Below, in pieces: positions 52,361 to 62,549 of a stretch of 64,000 nucleotides of DNA; the first letter of the stretch is position 1, and every line of letters starts with the position of its first letter. The stretch is from Acidobacteriota bacterium (GTDB taxonomy: Bacteria > Actinomycetota > Acidimicrobiia > Acidimicrobiales > RAAP-2): assembly GCA_018971185.1 (NCBI GenBank), contig JAGXBH010000003.1:10815-74814 (forward strand), given 5' to 3'. Made by a program: the position numbers and the translations under genes. The notes under the pieces were generated by a model, which worked only from the letters and a program-made list of their open reading frames with translations, searched no databases and had not been told where the DNA came from.

Positions 52361-52744
52361 ATGGAGGAATCGCCACCCACGACGGTGCTAGATCGCAAAG
52401 ACTGTCTCGAGCGGCTCTCGAGCGCACCCCTCGCGCGGATCCTCGTCTCGGTGAGGTGCCTCCCCGCAGCGCTACCGGCGCGCATCCGTGTCGTCGACGG
52501 CGAACGGATCGTCATCGCGAGTCCCGACTCGACGATCCTGCTCGCGGCGCAGCGTCACGACGTCTTGACGGTGCAGGTGGATGGCGTGGACGAGTCCAAC
52601 CACCCGTGGTCCGTGGTCGCGTCCGGGATCGCCGAGGTCTCCTTCGACGCCGGCCCCGCGGAGGGGCTCGAGTGGGGCGGCCCGGGATTCGCCGGGCAAC
52701 TGGTGTCCTTCCCCGTCTCGGTCGTGGTGGGCCAACGACACTGA
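52361..52744 (+). CDS. Pyridoxamine 5'-phosphate oxidase-like split-barrel protein (Rv0080-like)
   Basis: LDRKDCLERL, LPAALP, VQVDG...WSVVASG. Confidence 0.7.
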   Translation: MEESPPTTVLDRKDCLERLSSAPLARILVSVRCLPAALPARIRVVDGERIVIASPDSTILLAAQRHDVLTVQVDGVDESNHPWSVVASGIAEVSFDAGPAEGLEWGGPGFAGQLVSFPVSVVVGQRH

Positions 52745-52787
52745 ACTCCCCTCGCGCGCACCGCGTCCCACGTGCAATGGTGGTGAA

Positions 52788-53924
52788 GTGAAGTTCCGCG
52801 AGTTGCGCGACCCCGACCGGCTGCACGCGCTCATCGACGCGATGTTGCTGATGGAAGCCGACTCACCCCTCGGTACGCTGCTCCAGCAGATCGTCACCAC
52901 CGCCACCGAACTCGCGGGCGCGCGCTACGGGGCGCTGGGGGTCCTCTCGCGCGACGGGGGGAGTCTCTCGGAGTTCATCACCCACGGCCTGACGCCCCAG
53001 GAGGCGGCCCGTATCGGCCATCGCCCGACCGGCAAGGGCGTGCTCGGCGAGACCATCAGGGTGAAGTCGCCGCTTCGCATCGACGACCTCACGCGCCACG
53101 AGACCTCGGCCGGCTTCCCCCCCGGGCATCCCCCGATGCGCCGATTCCTCGGGGTCCCGGTCGTCACCCGCGACGGCCACGTGTGGGGGAACCTCTACAT
53201 CACCGAGCCGCTCGACGACGAACCGTTCTCCTACGACGACGAACTGCTGCTCGTCACCTTCGGTCGCGTCGCCGGTTCGGTCATCGACCAGTCCAACCTG
53301 CGACGCGAGCTGCGCGAGCTCTCCGTGGCCGAGGAGCGCGAGCGCCTCGCGCGCGACCTGCACGACACCGTGATTCAACGTCTCTTCGGGGTCGGGCTGA
53401 ACCTGCAGATGGCGCTACCGGTCATGGTCAATGAACAGGCGAAGGCGCGACTCAACCAAGCCCTGGACGAACTCAACGAGACGATCCACGACATCCGCAC
53501 GACGATCTTCGAGATCGACCAGGACCGCGCCACCGAGGACACCCTGCGCCAGCGCGCCACGGCGCTGACCAGCGAGGTGGGTAACCGACTGGGGGTGCAG
53601 GCTCACCTCTCGATGGTGTCGGGGCTCTCTCAGCAGGTGAACGAGCACTGCGCGCACCACACGATCCAGGCGTTGCGCGAGATCCTCTCGAACATCGTGC
53701 GCCACTCCGAGGCCACCCACGTCGACGTCAACATCGAGGACGACGGCGATTTCCTCGTCCTGTCCGTCCGCGACAACGGCGTGGGTTTCGACGGGGTCAG
53801 CGGGGCGGGGCGCGGGCTGCGCAATCTCGCCTCCCGCGCGCACGACCTGGGCGGAGAATGTGTGATTGAATCGGACGTGGGAAGCGGGACACTGGTGACG
53901 TGGACCGCGTTGAAGAAGGCCTGA
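52788..53924 (+). CDS. Single-GAF sensor histidine kinase (DosS/DosT-like, HisKA_3)
   Basis: ARYGALGVL, GFPPGHPPMRRFLGVP, ERERLARDLHDTVIQRLF, NIVRHS, DNGVG. Confidence 0.9.
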   Translation: MKFRELRDPDRLHALIDAMLLMEADSPLGTLLQQIVTTATELAGARYGALGVLSRDGGSLSEFITHGLTPQEAARIGHRPTGKGVLGETIRVKSPLRIDDLTRHETSAGFPPGHPPMRRFLGVPVVTRDGHVWGNLYITEPLDDEPFSYDDELLLVTFGRVAGSVIDQSNLRRELRELSVAEERERLARDLHDTVIQRLFGVGLNLQMALPVMVNEQAKARLNQALDELNETIHDIRTTIFEIDQDRATEDTLRQRATALTSEVGNRLGVQAHLSMVSGLSQQVNEHCAHHTIQALREILSNIVRHSEATHVDVNIEDDGDFLVLSVRDNGVGFDGVSGAGRGLRNLASRAHDLGGECVIESDVGSGTLVTWTALKKA

Positions 53925-53925
53925 G

Positions 53926-54567
53926 ATGATACGACTTCTACTCGTTGACGATCACGAGATCGTTCGCCGGGGTCTGCGCGAGTTGCTCGAGTCCAACGCC
54001 GACCTGGTGGTCGCCCAGCAGGCCGGGACGCTCGAGGCCGCCCTCGCCCTCGACGTGAGCGAGGTGGACGTCGCCGTGCTCGACGTGCGACTGCCCGACG
54101 GCAGCGGTGTCGACCTCTGCCGGTCGCTGCGCGAGAGCCATCCGCATCTCAACTGCCTGATGCTGACCTCCTTCAACGACGACGAGGCGCTCAACGCCTC
54201 GGTCCTCGCGGGAGCGCAGGGCTACGTCTTGAAGAACGTCCGCGGCAATGAGCTCGTGAATTCGATTCGACGCGTGGCCCAGGGCGAGATGTTGCTCAGC
54301 GCCGACCAGGTCGAGCGCGCGCGCGAGCGGCTACGCCGCCAGATCACCGAGGACCTACGCCTCGAGTCGCTCAGCACCCAGGAGAGGCGGATCCTCGAAC
54401 TACTCGCCGAAGGACTCTCGAACCGCGAGATCGGCGAGGTGATGTTCCTCGCGGAGAAGACCGTGAAGAACTACGTGTCCAATCTCCTGGCCAAGTTGGG
54501 TTTCCAACGCCGCACCGAGGCCGCGCTCTTCGCGCAGCGCCAGTTCGACCGCGACCGCCACGACTGA
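53926..54567 (+). CDS. NarL family response regulator (DosR/DevR-like)
   Basis: VDDHEIVRRGL, LDVRLPDG, MLTSF, MFLAEKTVKNYVS. Confidence 0.92.
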   Translation: MIRLLLVDDHEIVRRGLRELLESNADLVVAQQAGTLEAALALDVSEVDVAVLDVRLPDGSGVDLCRSLRESHPHLNCLMLTSFNDDEALNASVLAGAQGYVLKNVRGNELVNSIRRVAQGEMLLSADQVERARERLRRQITEDLRLESLSTQERRILELLAEGLSNREIGEVMFLAEKTVKNYVSNLLAKLGFQRRTEAALFAQRQFDRDRHD

Positions 54568-54589
54568 GGTCCCTCGAGGGGACGTCGAC

Positions 54590-54883
54590 TCAACGGCCCC
54601 GTGACAGCTCGCGCGCGACCTCGTGGCGCGCGAGGCTCGCGCGGTACTCCTCGTAGATCGCCGGCTCGGCCAGCAGGGCCCGGTCACGAGCGGAGAAGTG
54701 GCTGTGGCGAAGGGCGGTGACGAAGCGCGCCAGGCGACTCTGCGTCGGCGCCGTCGTGACCTCGCGCACGCTCACCGCGGCAGTCGCCTTCGACGCACTG
54801 GTGGTCGCCGTCGTGACGGTCTCGAGTTCGCGGTCGCCTGCGACCTGTGGGCGGTCCTCGTGACGGGTGTCCAAGATGCTCAT
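54590..54883 (-). CDS. Hypothetical 97-aa protein
   Basis: ORF with GAGAGGA SD-like sequence and an upstream extended -10 (TGATACACT); no recognisable family. Confidence 0.55.
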   Translation of the reverse strand: MSILDTRHEDRPQVAGDRELETVTTATTSASKATAAVSVREVTTAPTQSRLARFVTALRHSHFSARDRALLAEPAIYEEYRASLARHEVARELSRGR

Positions 54884-55011
54884 GGGTGAATTTCCTCTCT
54901 CGAAAGTGAAATCCAGGGAACCCCCCTCGCTTCGTTAGAAGCGCCCTCTGAAGCTCTACCTCTGGCCCGAGGGTCCGTCGACGGTGATCGCCGATCCTTC
55001 GCGCCGACACC

Positions 55012-55032
55012 AGTGTATCACGATACGTGATA
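55012..55032 (-). promoter_or_regulatory. Extended -10 overlapped by perfect palindrome
   Basis: TATCACG-ATA-CGTGATA at 55016-55032; minus strand TGnTACACT. Confidence 0.6.
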
Positions 55033-55193
55033 GATAGTCACTTAACATCAAGTCTTGCGATGGATGATCGCCATCGACGACGCCGATCACCGCGAACCGC
55101 GACGAGACGGCGATCGTGCGATCGACGAGGGTCGGTGCGTGCGCGGGGATCGGGCACCTTCACCGCGGCCGGCGCCCACGACCTGCGCGGGGC

Positions 55194-55934
55194 TCACGCG
55201 ACGGTGAAGACCTCGGGGCCGTCGTCGGTGACGGCGATGGTGTGCTCGAAGTGCGCGGAGAGCTGTCCGTCCTGGGTCATCACGCCCCAACCGTCATCGA
55301 GCACGTACGTCTCGTAGCTGCCGACGTTGACCATCGGCTCCACGGCGAAGACCATGCCCTCCTTGAGGGTCGGGCCCGGAGTGCCGGGCCAGTAGTTGGG
55401 CACCTGGGGGCTCTCGTGCATGGCGGTCCCGATGGCGTGGCCCACGTACTCGCGCACGACCGAGAAACCGGCGGCCTCGGCCACGTTCTGCACCGCGCGA
55501 CCGACCTCGTGGAGTCGATTACCGACTCGCAGCTGCTCGATACCGGCCCACATGGACCGTTCCGTGACCTCGATCAACCTCTGGGCCAGCGCGCTGATCT
55601 CACCCACGCCCGCGGTGTAGGCGGCGTCGCCGTGGTATCCCTCGACGATGGCCCCGCAGTCCACGGAGATGATGTCCCCCTCGGCCAGGACGTACTCCCC
55701 CGGGATGCCGTGCACGATCATGTCGTTCGGGCTGGTGCAGATGACGGCCGGGAAGCCGTGGTAGTTGAGGAAGTTCGAGCGCGCGCCCCGCTTCGCCAGC
55801 ACCTCGGCGGCGATCTCGTTGAGCCGGGCGGTGGTGACGCCGGGTCGCAGGGCCGCGCGGGTGGCCTCGTGCATCTCGGCGACGACCTTACCGGCCTTAC
55901 GCATCTTGTTGAGTTCCTCCGCCGAGCGCCTCAC
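55194..55934 (-). CDS. map: Type I methionyl aminopeptidase
   Basis: VHGIP, DCG...HGD, GHAIG, HE, EPM, HFEHT. Confidence 0.96.
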   Translation of the reverse strand: MRRSAEELNKMRKAGKVVAEMHEATRAALRPGVTTARLNEIAAEVLAKRGARSNFLNYHGFPAVICTSPNDMIVHGIPGEYVLAEGDIISVDCGAIVEGYHGDAAYTAGVGEISALAQRLIEVTERSMWAGIEQLRVGNRLHEVGRAVQNVAEAAGFSVVREYVGHAIGTAMHESPQVPNYWPGTPGPTLKEGMVFAVEPMVNVGSYETYVLDDGWGVMTQDGQLSAHFEHTIAVTDDGPEVFTVA

Positions 55935-56590
55935 CCGATGCCCCGCTCGCTCAGCACCTCGAGGATGTCGGCCGTCACGTCCTGGGCGTCCTGATCACCG
56001 TCGACGCGTGCCAGTAGTCCGCGCTGCTCGTAAAAGGCGAGCAGCGGCGCCGTGTCGCGCTCGTAGACCTCGAGGCGCTTCAAGATGGCCTCGGGCAGGT
56101 CGTCGGCGCGCTGGATGACGTCGCCGCCGCAGTTCGTACACGTCCCCGAGATGGCCTCGATGTCGGTGTCGCGGTAGATGGCCCCGCACTCCTGGCAGAC
56201 GCGCCGCGACGAGAGGCGCGCGGTCACCAGTTCGTTCGTCACCTCGAGGTTGACGCAGATCTTGACGCCGTCATCGCCCAGGAGCGCGTCGAGGGCCAAC
56301 GCCTGCCCCTCGGTGCGTGGGAATCCGTCGAGCAACGCGCCGCGTTGGGCGTCGGGCTGCTCGAATCGCTCCTCGACGAGTCGATTCACGAGTTCGTCCG
56401 AGACCAACTGCCCCGCCTCGAGCGTCGCGGCGACCTCGAGCCCGACGGCGGTACGGTCGCGCACGGCGGCGCGCAGGATGTCTCCCGTCGACACGTGGGG
56501 GATCGCCAGATGCTCGGCCAGTCGCTTGCACTGAGTGCCCTTACCGGCGCCCTGCTTGCCCAGGACGACGATGATCACGCGAGCCGACAT
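55931..56590 (-). CDS. adk: Adenylate kinase (Zn-lid)
   Basis: GKQGAGKGTQ, STGD, LDGFPR, CQECG...CTNCG. Confidence 0.95.
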   Translation of the reverse strand: MSARVIIVVLGKQGAGKGTQCKRLAEHLAIPHVSTGDILRAAVRDRTAVGLEVAATLEAGQLVSDELVNRLVEERFEQPDAQRGALLDGFPRTEGQALALDALLGDDGVKICVNLEVTNELVTARLSSRRVCQECGAIYRDTDIEAISGTCTNCGGDVIQRADDLPEAILKRLEVYERDTAPLLAFYEQRGLLARVDGDQDAQDVTADILEVLSERGIG

Positions 56591-56592
56591 CG

Positions 56593-57882
56593 TTACTTCT
56601 TCAAGAAGCCTTCGTAGTTGCGCATCATCAACTGCGAGTCGATCTGTTGCATCGTCTGCAGGGCCACGCCCACCGCGATCAGCAAAGTGGTTCCGTAGTA
56701 CGGGAAGCGGCTGATGTGCCACAGCGCCATCAAGATGCTGGGGATCACCGCGACCGAGGCCAGGAACAGCGCACCCACCACCGTCAGACGGCTCAACATC
56801 TTCGAGAAGTACCGCTCGGTGGGCTCGCCGGGACGGATCCCGGGCACGAAGCCACCCTGTTGGCGCAACTGCTCCGCCTGCTGGTGGGGCTCGAAGGCGA
56901 TGTAGACGTAGAAGAAGGTGAAGGCCAGGATGAGCACGAAGTCCGAGACGATGTAGAAGAAGCTCGTCGGGCTCAACGAGCGGTTCACGAAGTTCGTGAA
57001 GCCCGCCCAGGGCACGATGTTGGACAACAGGACCGGGATGTAGAGCACCGACGAGGCGAAGATGATCGGGATCACTCCCGACTGGTTCACCTTCAAGGGG
57101 ATGTAGGTGGAGTTCCCCCCCATCTCCTTGCGACCCACGACGCGACGCGCGAACGTCACCGGGATGCGACGCTGGCCCTGGTCCATGAAGACGATGAAGA
57201 ACAGCAGCGCGATGGAGATCACCAGGATGATGAAGAACTTGGCGGGACCGCCCTGGCTCCACACGGCCTCGCCCCCCGTCGGGAGACCGGCGACGACGTT
57301 GGCGAAGATCAAGAGGCTCATGCCCTGGCCGATGCCCCGTTGGGTGATGAGCTCGGCGAGCCACATCACGAAGCCGGTGCCCGCCGTCATGATGATCACC
57401 ATGAAGAGCCCCAGCCAGAGGTTGAACTTGGGGATGAGGTCGATGTTGAAGCCCAGTAGCGCCTGGTCGTGGCCGTGGAAGGCGTAGACCAGACCCGTCG
57501 ACTGCAGCAACGCCAGTCCGATCGTCAAGTACCGGGTCGTCTGGGTGATGCGCTTCTGCCCCTCGGGACCCTGGTCACGCCACTCGGCGAGCTTGGGGAT
57601 CACCGTGGTGAGCAACTGGATCACGATCGAACTCGTGATGTAGGGCATGACCCCGAGCCCGAAGACCGCCAAGCGCGTGAGTGCGCCGCCGGAGAACAGG
57701 TTCAAGAACCCCAACACGCCGCTCGAGGAGGCCTTCGCTTGCAGCGCCGCCACCTGCGACCAGCTCACCCCCGGGATGGGCAGGTTGGCGCCCAATTGAT
57801 ACAGGCCGATGATCGCGATCGTGAACAGGACCTTGTTTCGGAGGTCCGGGACCCGGAAGATGTTCGAGAGACGCCGCAGCAC
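56593..57882 (-). CDS. secY: Preprotein translocase SecY
   Basis: GVMPYITSSI, GVIPIIFA, PGIRPG, NYEGFL. Confidence 0.97.
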   Translation of the reverse strand: MLRRLSNIFRVPDLRNKVLFTIAIIGLYQLGANLPIPGVSWSQVAALQAKASSSGVLGFLNLFSGGALTRLAVFGLGVMPYITSSIVIQLLTTVIPKLAEWRDQGPEGQKRITQTTRYLTIGLALLQSTGLVYAFHGHDQALLGFNIDLIPKFNLWLGLFMVIIMTAGTGFVMWLAELITQRGIGQGMSLLIFANVVAGLPTGGEAVWSQGGPAKFFIILVISIALLFFIVFMDQGQRRIPVTFARRVVGRKEMGGNSTYIPLKVNQSGVIPIIFASSVLYIPVLLSNIVPWAGFTNFVNRSLSPTSFFYIVSDFVLILAFTFFYVYIAFEPHQQAEQLRQQGGFVPGIRPGEPTERYFSKMLSRLTVVGALFLASVAVIPSILMALWHISRFPYYGTTLLIAVGVALQTMQQIDSQLMMRNYEGFLKK

Positions 57883-57891
57883 GGACGAACC

Positions 57892-58377
57892 CTAGCGGTT
57901 CTGGTGCTGGTTGCCGGCTGCGGGCGGACGCACGCTGAAGGGCAGCTCGGCCAGGGTCACCGTGCCACCGGCCGCCTCGATGGCCGCCTTGGCCGACGCG
58001 GAGAAGCCGTGTGCCGTGACCTGCAGGGCCGTCGAGAGTTCGCCGCGGCCAAGGACCTTGACGAGGTCCTTCTTGCGCGCGAGCCCCCGTGACACGAGCA
58101 CGTCGGGGTTGATCTCGGTGACCCCCAGGGCCACCAGCGCGTCCAGGTTCACCGGCGTGTACTCCACCCGGAACGGGTTGGTGAAGCCCTTGAGCTTAGG
58201 GATGCGCTGCAGGAGGGGCAACTGGCCACCCTCGAAACCCGCGGGGATCTGACGGCGCGCCTTCTGCCCCTTGGTCCCGCGACCGGCGGTCTTGCCGCCC
58301 TTACCCGCGATACCGCGGCCGACGATGCGCTTGCGGTGCGTCGAGCCGGCGGGCGACTTGAGATCGTGCAACTTCAT
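57892..58377 (-). CDS. rplO: 50S ribosomal protein L15
   Basis: GKTAGRGTKGQ, FEGGQ. Confidence 0.97.
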   Translation of the reverse strand: MKLHDLKSPAGSTHRKRIVGRGIAGKGGKTAGRGTKGQKARRQIPAGFEGGQLPLLQRIPKLKGFTNPFRVEYTPVNLDALVALGVTEINPDVLVSRGLARKKDLVKVLGRGELSTALQVTAHGFSASAKAAIEAAGGTVTLAELPFSVRPPAAGNQHQNR

Positions 58378-58559
58378 TAGTTGACCTCTTCCACTGAAAC
58401 GAGGTGCGGCACCCGAGCGATCATCCCGCGAATCTCGGGACGGTCGGGCAGCACGTTGGACTGACTGATGCCGCGAAGTCCCAGGGCGCGCAGGGTCCCG
58501 CGGTGCTTGGGCTTCGTGGCGATGGCCGAACGAATCTGGGTTACTTTGAGCTGAGCCAT
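58377..58559 (-). CDS. rpmD: 50S ribosomal protein L30
   Basis: LKVTQIRS, TLRALGL, RGMI. Confidence 0.96.
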   Translation of the reverse strand: MAQLKVTQIRSAIATKPKHRGTLRALGLRGISQSNVLPDRPEIRGMIARVPHLVSVEEVN

Positions 58560-58562
58560 GGA

Positions 58563-59114
58563 TCAGGCCTCCGTCTTGAAGAGGTCACCCTCACGCTGGC
58601 GTTCGCGGTAGGCCCGCAACGTGCCCGACGGGATGACGTGGTCGGCGGGCTTGTCGCGCAGCGTCGCGAGCTCCTCGGGGCGACGCAGCTGCTTGAGTCC
58701 CTCGATCGTGGCGTGCGCCACGTTGATGCCGTTGGAGGAGCCCAGTGACTTGGCGATGATGTCCTTGATGCCAGCCATCTCGAGGATGGCGCGCGCCGCA
58801 CCGCCGGCGATCACGCCGGTGCCGGGTGCCGCCGGCTTCATCAACACGCGTCCGGCTCCCGCCTGTCCGATGACCGGGTAGACGATGGTCGTGCCAGCGA
58901 TGGGCACGTCGAAGAGGTTCTTTCGTGCCTCCTCGATGCCCTTCTGGACCGCCAGCCCGGCCTCCTTGGCCTTACCGTAGCCCAGTCCGACCTTGCCGTT
59001 ACCGTCGCCGATCACCATGAGAGCGGTGAAGGAGAACCGGCGACCGCCCTTGACGACCTTGGACACGCGATTCACCTTGATGGTGCGCTCTTCGAACTGC
59101 TCGAGATCGCTCAT
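58563..59114 (-). CDS. rpsE: 30S ribosomal protein S5
   Basis: [18 protein letters not shown]. Confidence 0.97.
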   Translation of the reverse strand: MSDLEQFEERTIKVNRVSKVVKGGRRFSFTALMVIGDGNGKVGLGYGKAKEAGLAVQKGIEEARKNLFDVPIAGTTIVYPVIGQAGAGRVLMKPAAPGTGVIAGGAARAILEMAGIKDIIAKSLGSSNGINVAHATIEGLKQLRRPEELATLRDKPADHVIPSGTLRAYRERQREGDLFKTEA

Positions 59115-59470
59115 TAGAACTCCAATCCGTCGGCGCGCAACTGGTCCGCGAAGGCGGCCACGCGACCGTGGTAGTCGAATCCACCGCGGTCGAAGACCAC
59201 GGTGGTGATGTGGGCGGCCTGGGCGCGCTGCGCCAGCAGGGCGGCGACCGCCTTGGCACCGGCGATGTTGCCGCCGTTGGTCGACTTGAGCCCCGCCTCG
59301 ACCGAGGAGGCGGCCGCCAGGGTGCGTCCGGCGACGTCGTCGATGATCTGCGCCGAGATGTGCTTGTTGCTACGGCTCACGGCCACGCGCGGGCGCTCCG
59401 CGGTGCCCGAGAGGCGACGGCGGATGCGCGCGTGTCGGCGCTCACGTAGTTCACGAGTTGTACGAGCCAT
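59114..59470 (-). CDS. rplR: 50S ribosomal protein L18
   Basis: GTAERPR, FDRGG, YHGRV. Confidence 0.97.
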   Translation of the reverse strand: MARTTRELRERRHARIRRRLSGTAERPRVAVSRSNKHISAQIIDDVAGRTLAAASSVEAGLKSTNGGNIAGAKAVAALLAQRAQAAHITTVVFDRGGFDYHGRVAAFADQLRADGLEF

Positions 59471-60009
59471 TACTTCGCAGCCTTTCCTGCCTTGCGCAGA
59501 ACCTTCTCACCGAGGTAGCGCACACCCTTGCCCTTGTAGGGCTCGGGCTTACGGATCTTGCGGATCGTCGCGGCCACCTGACCCACGACCTCCTTGTCCG
59601 CACCCTTGATGATGACGCGCGTCGGGGTGGGGACCTCGAACGTCACGCCCTCGGGTGCGTCGAACTTTACGGGGTGCGAGAAGCCCAGCGCCAGGTCCAA
59701 GACCGCGGGGTTCGAGGTGGCGGCGCGAAAACCCACGCCGATGATCTCGAGCTCCTTGGTCCAACCCGTCGTCACGCCGACCACCATGTTGGAGACGAGC
59801 GTGCGGGTCAGTCCGTGCAGCGACTTCTGCGACGTCTCCTCCGAGGCGCGCTCGACCGTCAGCACGTCGCCCTCTTGGCTCAGGGTGATGCCCTCGGGCA
59901 GCGTACGGTGCATGGTGGCGTTGGGCCCCTTCACCGTCACGACGGCGTCAGCCACTTCGACCGTGACTCCCGCGGGAATCGTGATGGGGTTACGTCCGAT
60001 GCGCGACAT
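59470..60009 (-). CDS. rplF: 50S ribosomal protein L6
   Basis: [13 protein letters not shown]. Confidence 0.97.
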   Translation of the reverse strand: MSRIGRNPITIPAGVTVEVADAVVTVKGPNATMHRTLPEGITLSQEGDVLTVERASEETSQKSLHGLTRTLVSNMVVGVTTGWTKELEIIGVGFRAATSNPAVLDLALGFSHPVKFDAPEGVTFEVPTPTRVIIKGADKEVVGQVAATIRKIRKPEPYKGKGVRYLGEKVLRKAGKAAK

Positions 60010-60036
60010 CAGTTCTCCTCCGTGATTGCGGGTCGG

Positions 60037-60441
60037 TTACCAGACATAACACAACACCTCGCCACCCAGTTTGGCCTTGCGGGCTTCGCGGTCGGTCATG
60101 AGACCGTGGCTGGTCGACACGACCGCCACGCCCACGCCGCCCAGCACCTTGGGCATCTGGTCGGACTTCTTGTAGATACGAAGACCAGGCGTCGACACGC
60201 GCTTGATGCCCGCGATCGTCTTCTTGCGGTCCTCGGAGTACTTCAGGTTGATCTCCAGCGTGTCGCCCGGCTTGCCGTCGACCTTGCTCACAGTGAATCC
60301 CGTGATGAAGCCCTCGCGCTCGAGGACCTTCGCCAGGTTGACCTTGAGTTTGGAGCTGGGCATCTTGACGCTGTCGAACATGGCGGCGTTCGCGTTGCGA
60401 ATGCGCGTGAGCATGTCGGCGATGGGGTCAGTCATTGTCAT
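60037..60441 (-). CDS. rpsH: 30S ribosomal protein S8
   Basis: [27 protein letters not shown]. Confidence 0.97.
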   Translation of the reverse strand: MTMTDPIADMLTRIRNANAAMFDSVKMPSSKLKVNLAKVLEREGFITGFTVSKVDGKPGDTLEINLKYSEDRKKTIAGIKRVSTPGLRIYKKSDQMPKVLGGVGVAVVSTSHGLMTDREARKAKLGGEVLCYVW

Positions 60442-60451
60442 AGCTGTCCTC

Positions 60452-60637
60452 CTACCAACTTGCCTTCGTCACGCCGGGAACCTCACCGGCGTGGACCATC
60501 TGGCGCAGGCAGATCCGGCACAGGCCGAACTTGCGGTACACCGAGCGCGGACGGCCGCAGCGCTCGCAGCGGGTGTAGGCCCGCGTCGAGAACTTGGGGG
60601 TCTGCTGCTGCTTGATTCGAAGAGCTTTCTTCGCCAT
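60452..60637 (-). CDS. rpsZ: 30S ribosomal protein S14 type Z (zinc)
   Basis: MAKKAL...RCERCGR...LCRIC...KASW, 61 aa. Confidence 0.96.
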   Translation of the reverse strand: MAKKALRIKQQQTPKFSTRAYTRCERCGRPRSVYRKFGLCRICLRQMVHAGEVPGVTKASW

Positions 60638-60639
60638 GA

Positions 60640-61203
60640 CTATCGATTCTCCTGCTTGAAGGGGAAGCCGTACGCGCGAAGGAACGCGCGGCCCTGCTCG
60701 TCGTTGACGGCGGTGGTGACGATCGTGATGTCGAAACCACGCGGCGCGTCGATCTTGTCGTAGTCGATCTCGGGGAAGATCAACTGGTCGTTCACGCCGA
60801 AGGTGTAGTTGCCCCGTCCGTCGAAGGACTTGGGTGAGAGCCCGCGGAAGTCGCGGATTCGCGGAATCGCCAGACTCAGGAGACGGTCGAAGAACTCCCA
60901 CGCGCGGTCGCCGCGCAGGGTGACCTTGACGCCGATGGGCTGCTCCTCGCGCAGCTTGAAGCTGGCGATGGACTTGCGCGCCCTCGTGACCACCGGCTTC
61001 TGACCGGTGATCATCTCGAGGTCACGCTGGGCGCCCTCGAGCAGCGACGCCTGCTGCGTCGCCCGGCCGACGCCGGAGTTCAACACGATCTTCTCCAGGC
61101 GCGGGACCTGCATGATGTTGTCGAGCCCCAGCTCGTCCTTGAGCGCGACGCGGATCTCCTCGTCGAAACGCACCTTGAGGCGGGGTCGGGTGGTCGTGGT
61201 CAT
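60640..61203 (-). CDS. rplE: 50S ribosomal protein L5
   Basis: [30 protein letters not shown]. Confidence 0.97.
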   Translation of the reverse strand: MTTTTRPRLKVRFDEEIRVALKDELGLDNIMQVPRLEKIVLNSGVGRATQQASLLEGAQRDLEMITGQKPVVTRARKSIASFKLREEQPIGVKVTLRGDRAWEFFDRLLSLAIPRIRDFRGLSPKSFDGRGNYTFGVNDQLIFPEIDYDKIDAPRGFDITIVTTAVNDEQGRAFLRAYGFPFKQENR

Positions 61204-61508
61204 AGCGTTTCTCCACACTTGCGGCAGACGCGCACCTTGGTGCCGTCGGCGATCTTGTAGCCGGCGCGGGCCGGTCCCTTGTGCCCCGCGCACCACAGTG
61301 CGACGTTGGACACGTGTAGCGGCATCACCTTGTCGATGATGCCGGCCTGCATGGTGGCACCGGTCTCCTTGGTGTGGCGCTTGGCGACGTTGAGCCCCTC
61401 CAGGATCACCTTGCTCTGCGCGGGGAAGGCCTCCTCCACGCGAGCGCGTTCGCCCCGGTACTTGCCGGCGAGGACCAGCACGTCGTCACCCTTACGGATC
61501 TTCATCAC
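61200..61508 (-). CDS. rplX: 50S ribosomal protein L24
   Basis: [13 protein letters not shown]. Confidence 0.96.
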   Translation of the reverse strand: MMKIRKGDDVLVLAGKYRGERARVEEAFPAQSKVILEGLNVAKRHTKETGATMQAGIIDKVMPLHVSNVALWCAGHKGPARAGYKIADGTKVRVCRKCGETL

Positions 61509-61873
61509 AACACCTCCGGCGCCAGGGAAATAATGCGCATGAACTTCTTGTCGCGCAGCTCGCGACCGACGGGCCCGAAGATTCGCGTCCCGCGCGGCTG
61601 CAGTTGGTCGTTGATCAACACCGCGGCGTTCTCGTCGAAGCGGATGTAGGAGCCGTCGGGACGGCGCTTCTCCTTCTTCGTGCGCACGACGACGCAGCGA
61701 ACCACGTCACCCTTCTTGACCGCGGCCCCGGGGATCGCGTCCTTCACCGTGGCGATGAACACGTCGCCGATCGAGGCGTAGCGGCGACGCGACCCACCCA
61801 GGACGCGGATGCAGAGCACTTCCTTCGCCCCGGAGTTGTCCGCCACCTTGAGACGGGATTCCTGCTGGATCAT
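61505..61873 (-). CDS. rplN: 50S ribosomal protein L14
   Basis: VADNSGA, FDENAAV, SLAPEVL. Confidence 0.98.
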   Translation of the reverse strand: MIQQESRLKVADNSGAKEVLCIRVLGGSRRRYASIGDVFIATVKDAIPGAAVKKGDVVRCVVVRTKKEKRRPDGSYIRFDENAAVLINDQLQPRGTRIFGPVGRELRDKKFMRIISLAPEVL

Positions 61874-62313
61874 CGGGCACGCTCCACCACGTCGGTCAAG
61901 CGCCAGCGCTTGAGCTTGGACAAGGGACGGGTCTCTTGGACGCGCACCCGGTCTCCCACCTTCGCGTCGTTGTTCTCGTCGTGCACGTAGAGCTTCTTGG
62001 TGCGTTGAACGGTCTTGCCGTAGCGGGGGTGACTGACCCGCTCGTTCACCGCGACCACCAGGGTCATGTCCATCTTGTTCGAGATGACGATGCCCTCACG
62101 GACCTTGCGGGGGTTCACTCGCGCGTCGTCCTGCGCCGCGGCGGGCTTCGCCGCCTCCTTGGCGACGGGCGTCTTGATGACCGGGCCCTTGCGCTCGCTC
62201 GGGGCCACGGTCGCGTCGACCGGCGCCGTCGTCTCCTCGACGACGACGTCCGTGGTCGCGGCGTCGGTCACCTCGACCTCGACGTTCTCTTCGTTGTTCG
62301 TCACGTCACTCAT
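61870..62313 (-). CDS. rpsQ: 30S ribosomal protein S17 with N-terminal extension
   Basis: RKVREG, HPRYGK, HDE, ETRPLSK; ~60-aa acidic N-terminal extension. Confidence 0.95.
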   Translation of the reverse strand: MSDVTNNEENVEVEVTDAATTDVVVEETTAPVDATVAPSERKGPVIKTPVAKEAAKPAAAQDDARVNPRKVREGIVISNKMDMTLVVAVNERVSHPRYGKTVQRTKKLYVHDENNDAKVGDRVRVQETRPLSKLKRWRLTDVVERAR

Positions 62314-62549
62314 GACTTCTCACTCTCTCCCGCGGCCTCGGCGGCCGCAATCTCACGCTCGCGCACGAAGGTCGCGAGACGCGCGATGTCGCGTCGAACC
62401 TCTCCCAGGCGCGCCGAGTTGTCGAGCTGTCCGGTGGCGAGCTGGAAGCGCAGGTTGAACAGCTCACGACGAGCCTCACCCAGTCGCTCGACCAGTTCGG
62501 CGTCACCCAGCGTGCGCATCTCCGCGACGCGTTCCTTGGTATTTGCCAT
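62310..62549 (-). CDS. rpmC: 50S ribosomal protein L29
   Basis: [20 protein letters not shown]. Confidence 0.96.
   Translation of the reverse strand: MANTKERVAEMRTLGDAELVERLGEARRELFNLRFQLATGQLDNSARLGEVRRDIARLATFVREREIAAAEAAGESEKS

Noticed and set aside
54560-54590. GTCCC-TCGAG-GGGAC inverted repeat resembling DosR half-sites
   Set aside because: It lies between convergent stop codons with half-sites in the wrong orientation; more likely a weak hairpin or chance.
48181-60637. Zinc-ribbon forms of S4, L36, S14 and Adk
   Set aside because: These are the common forms in core ribosomal operons and are not unusual.
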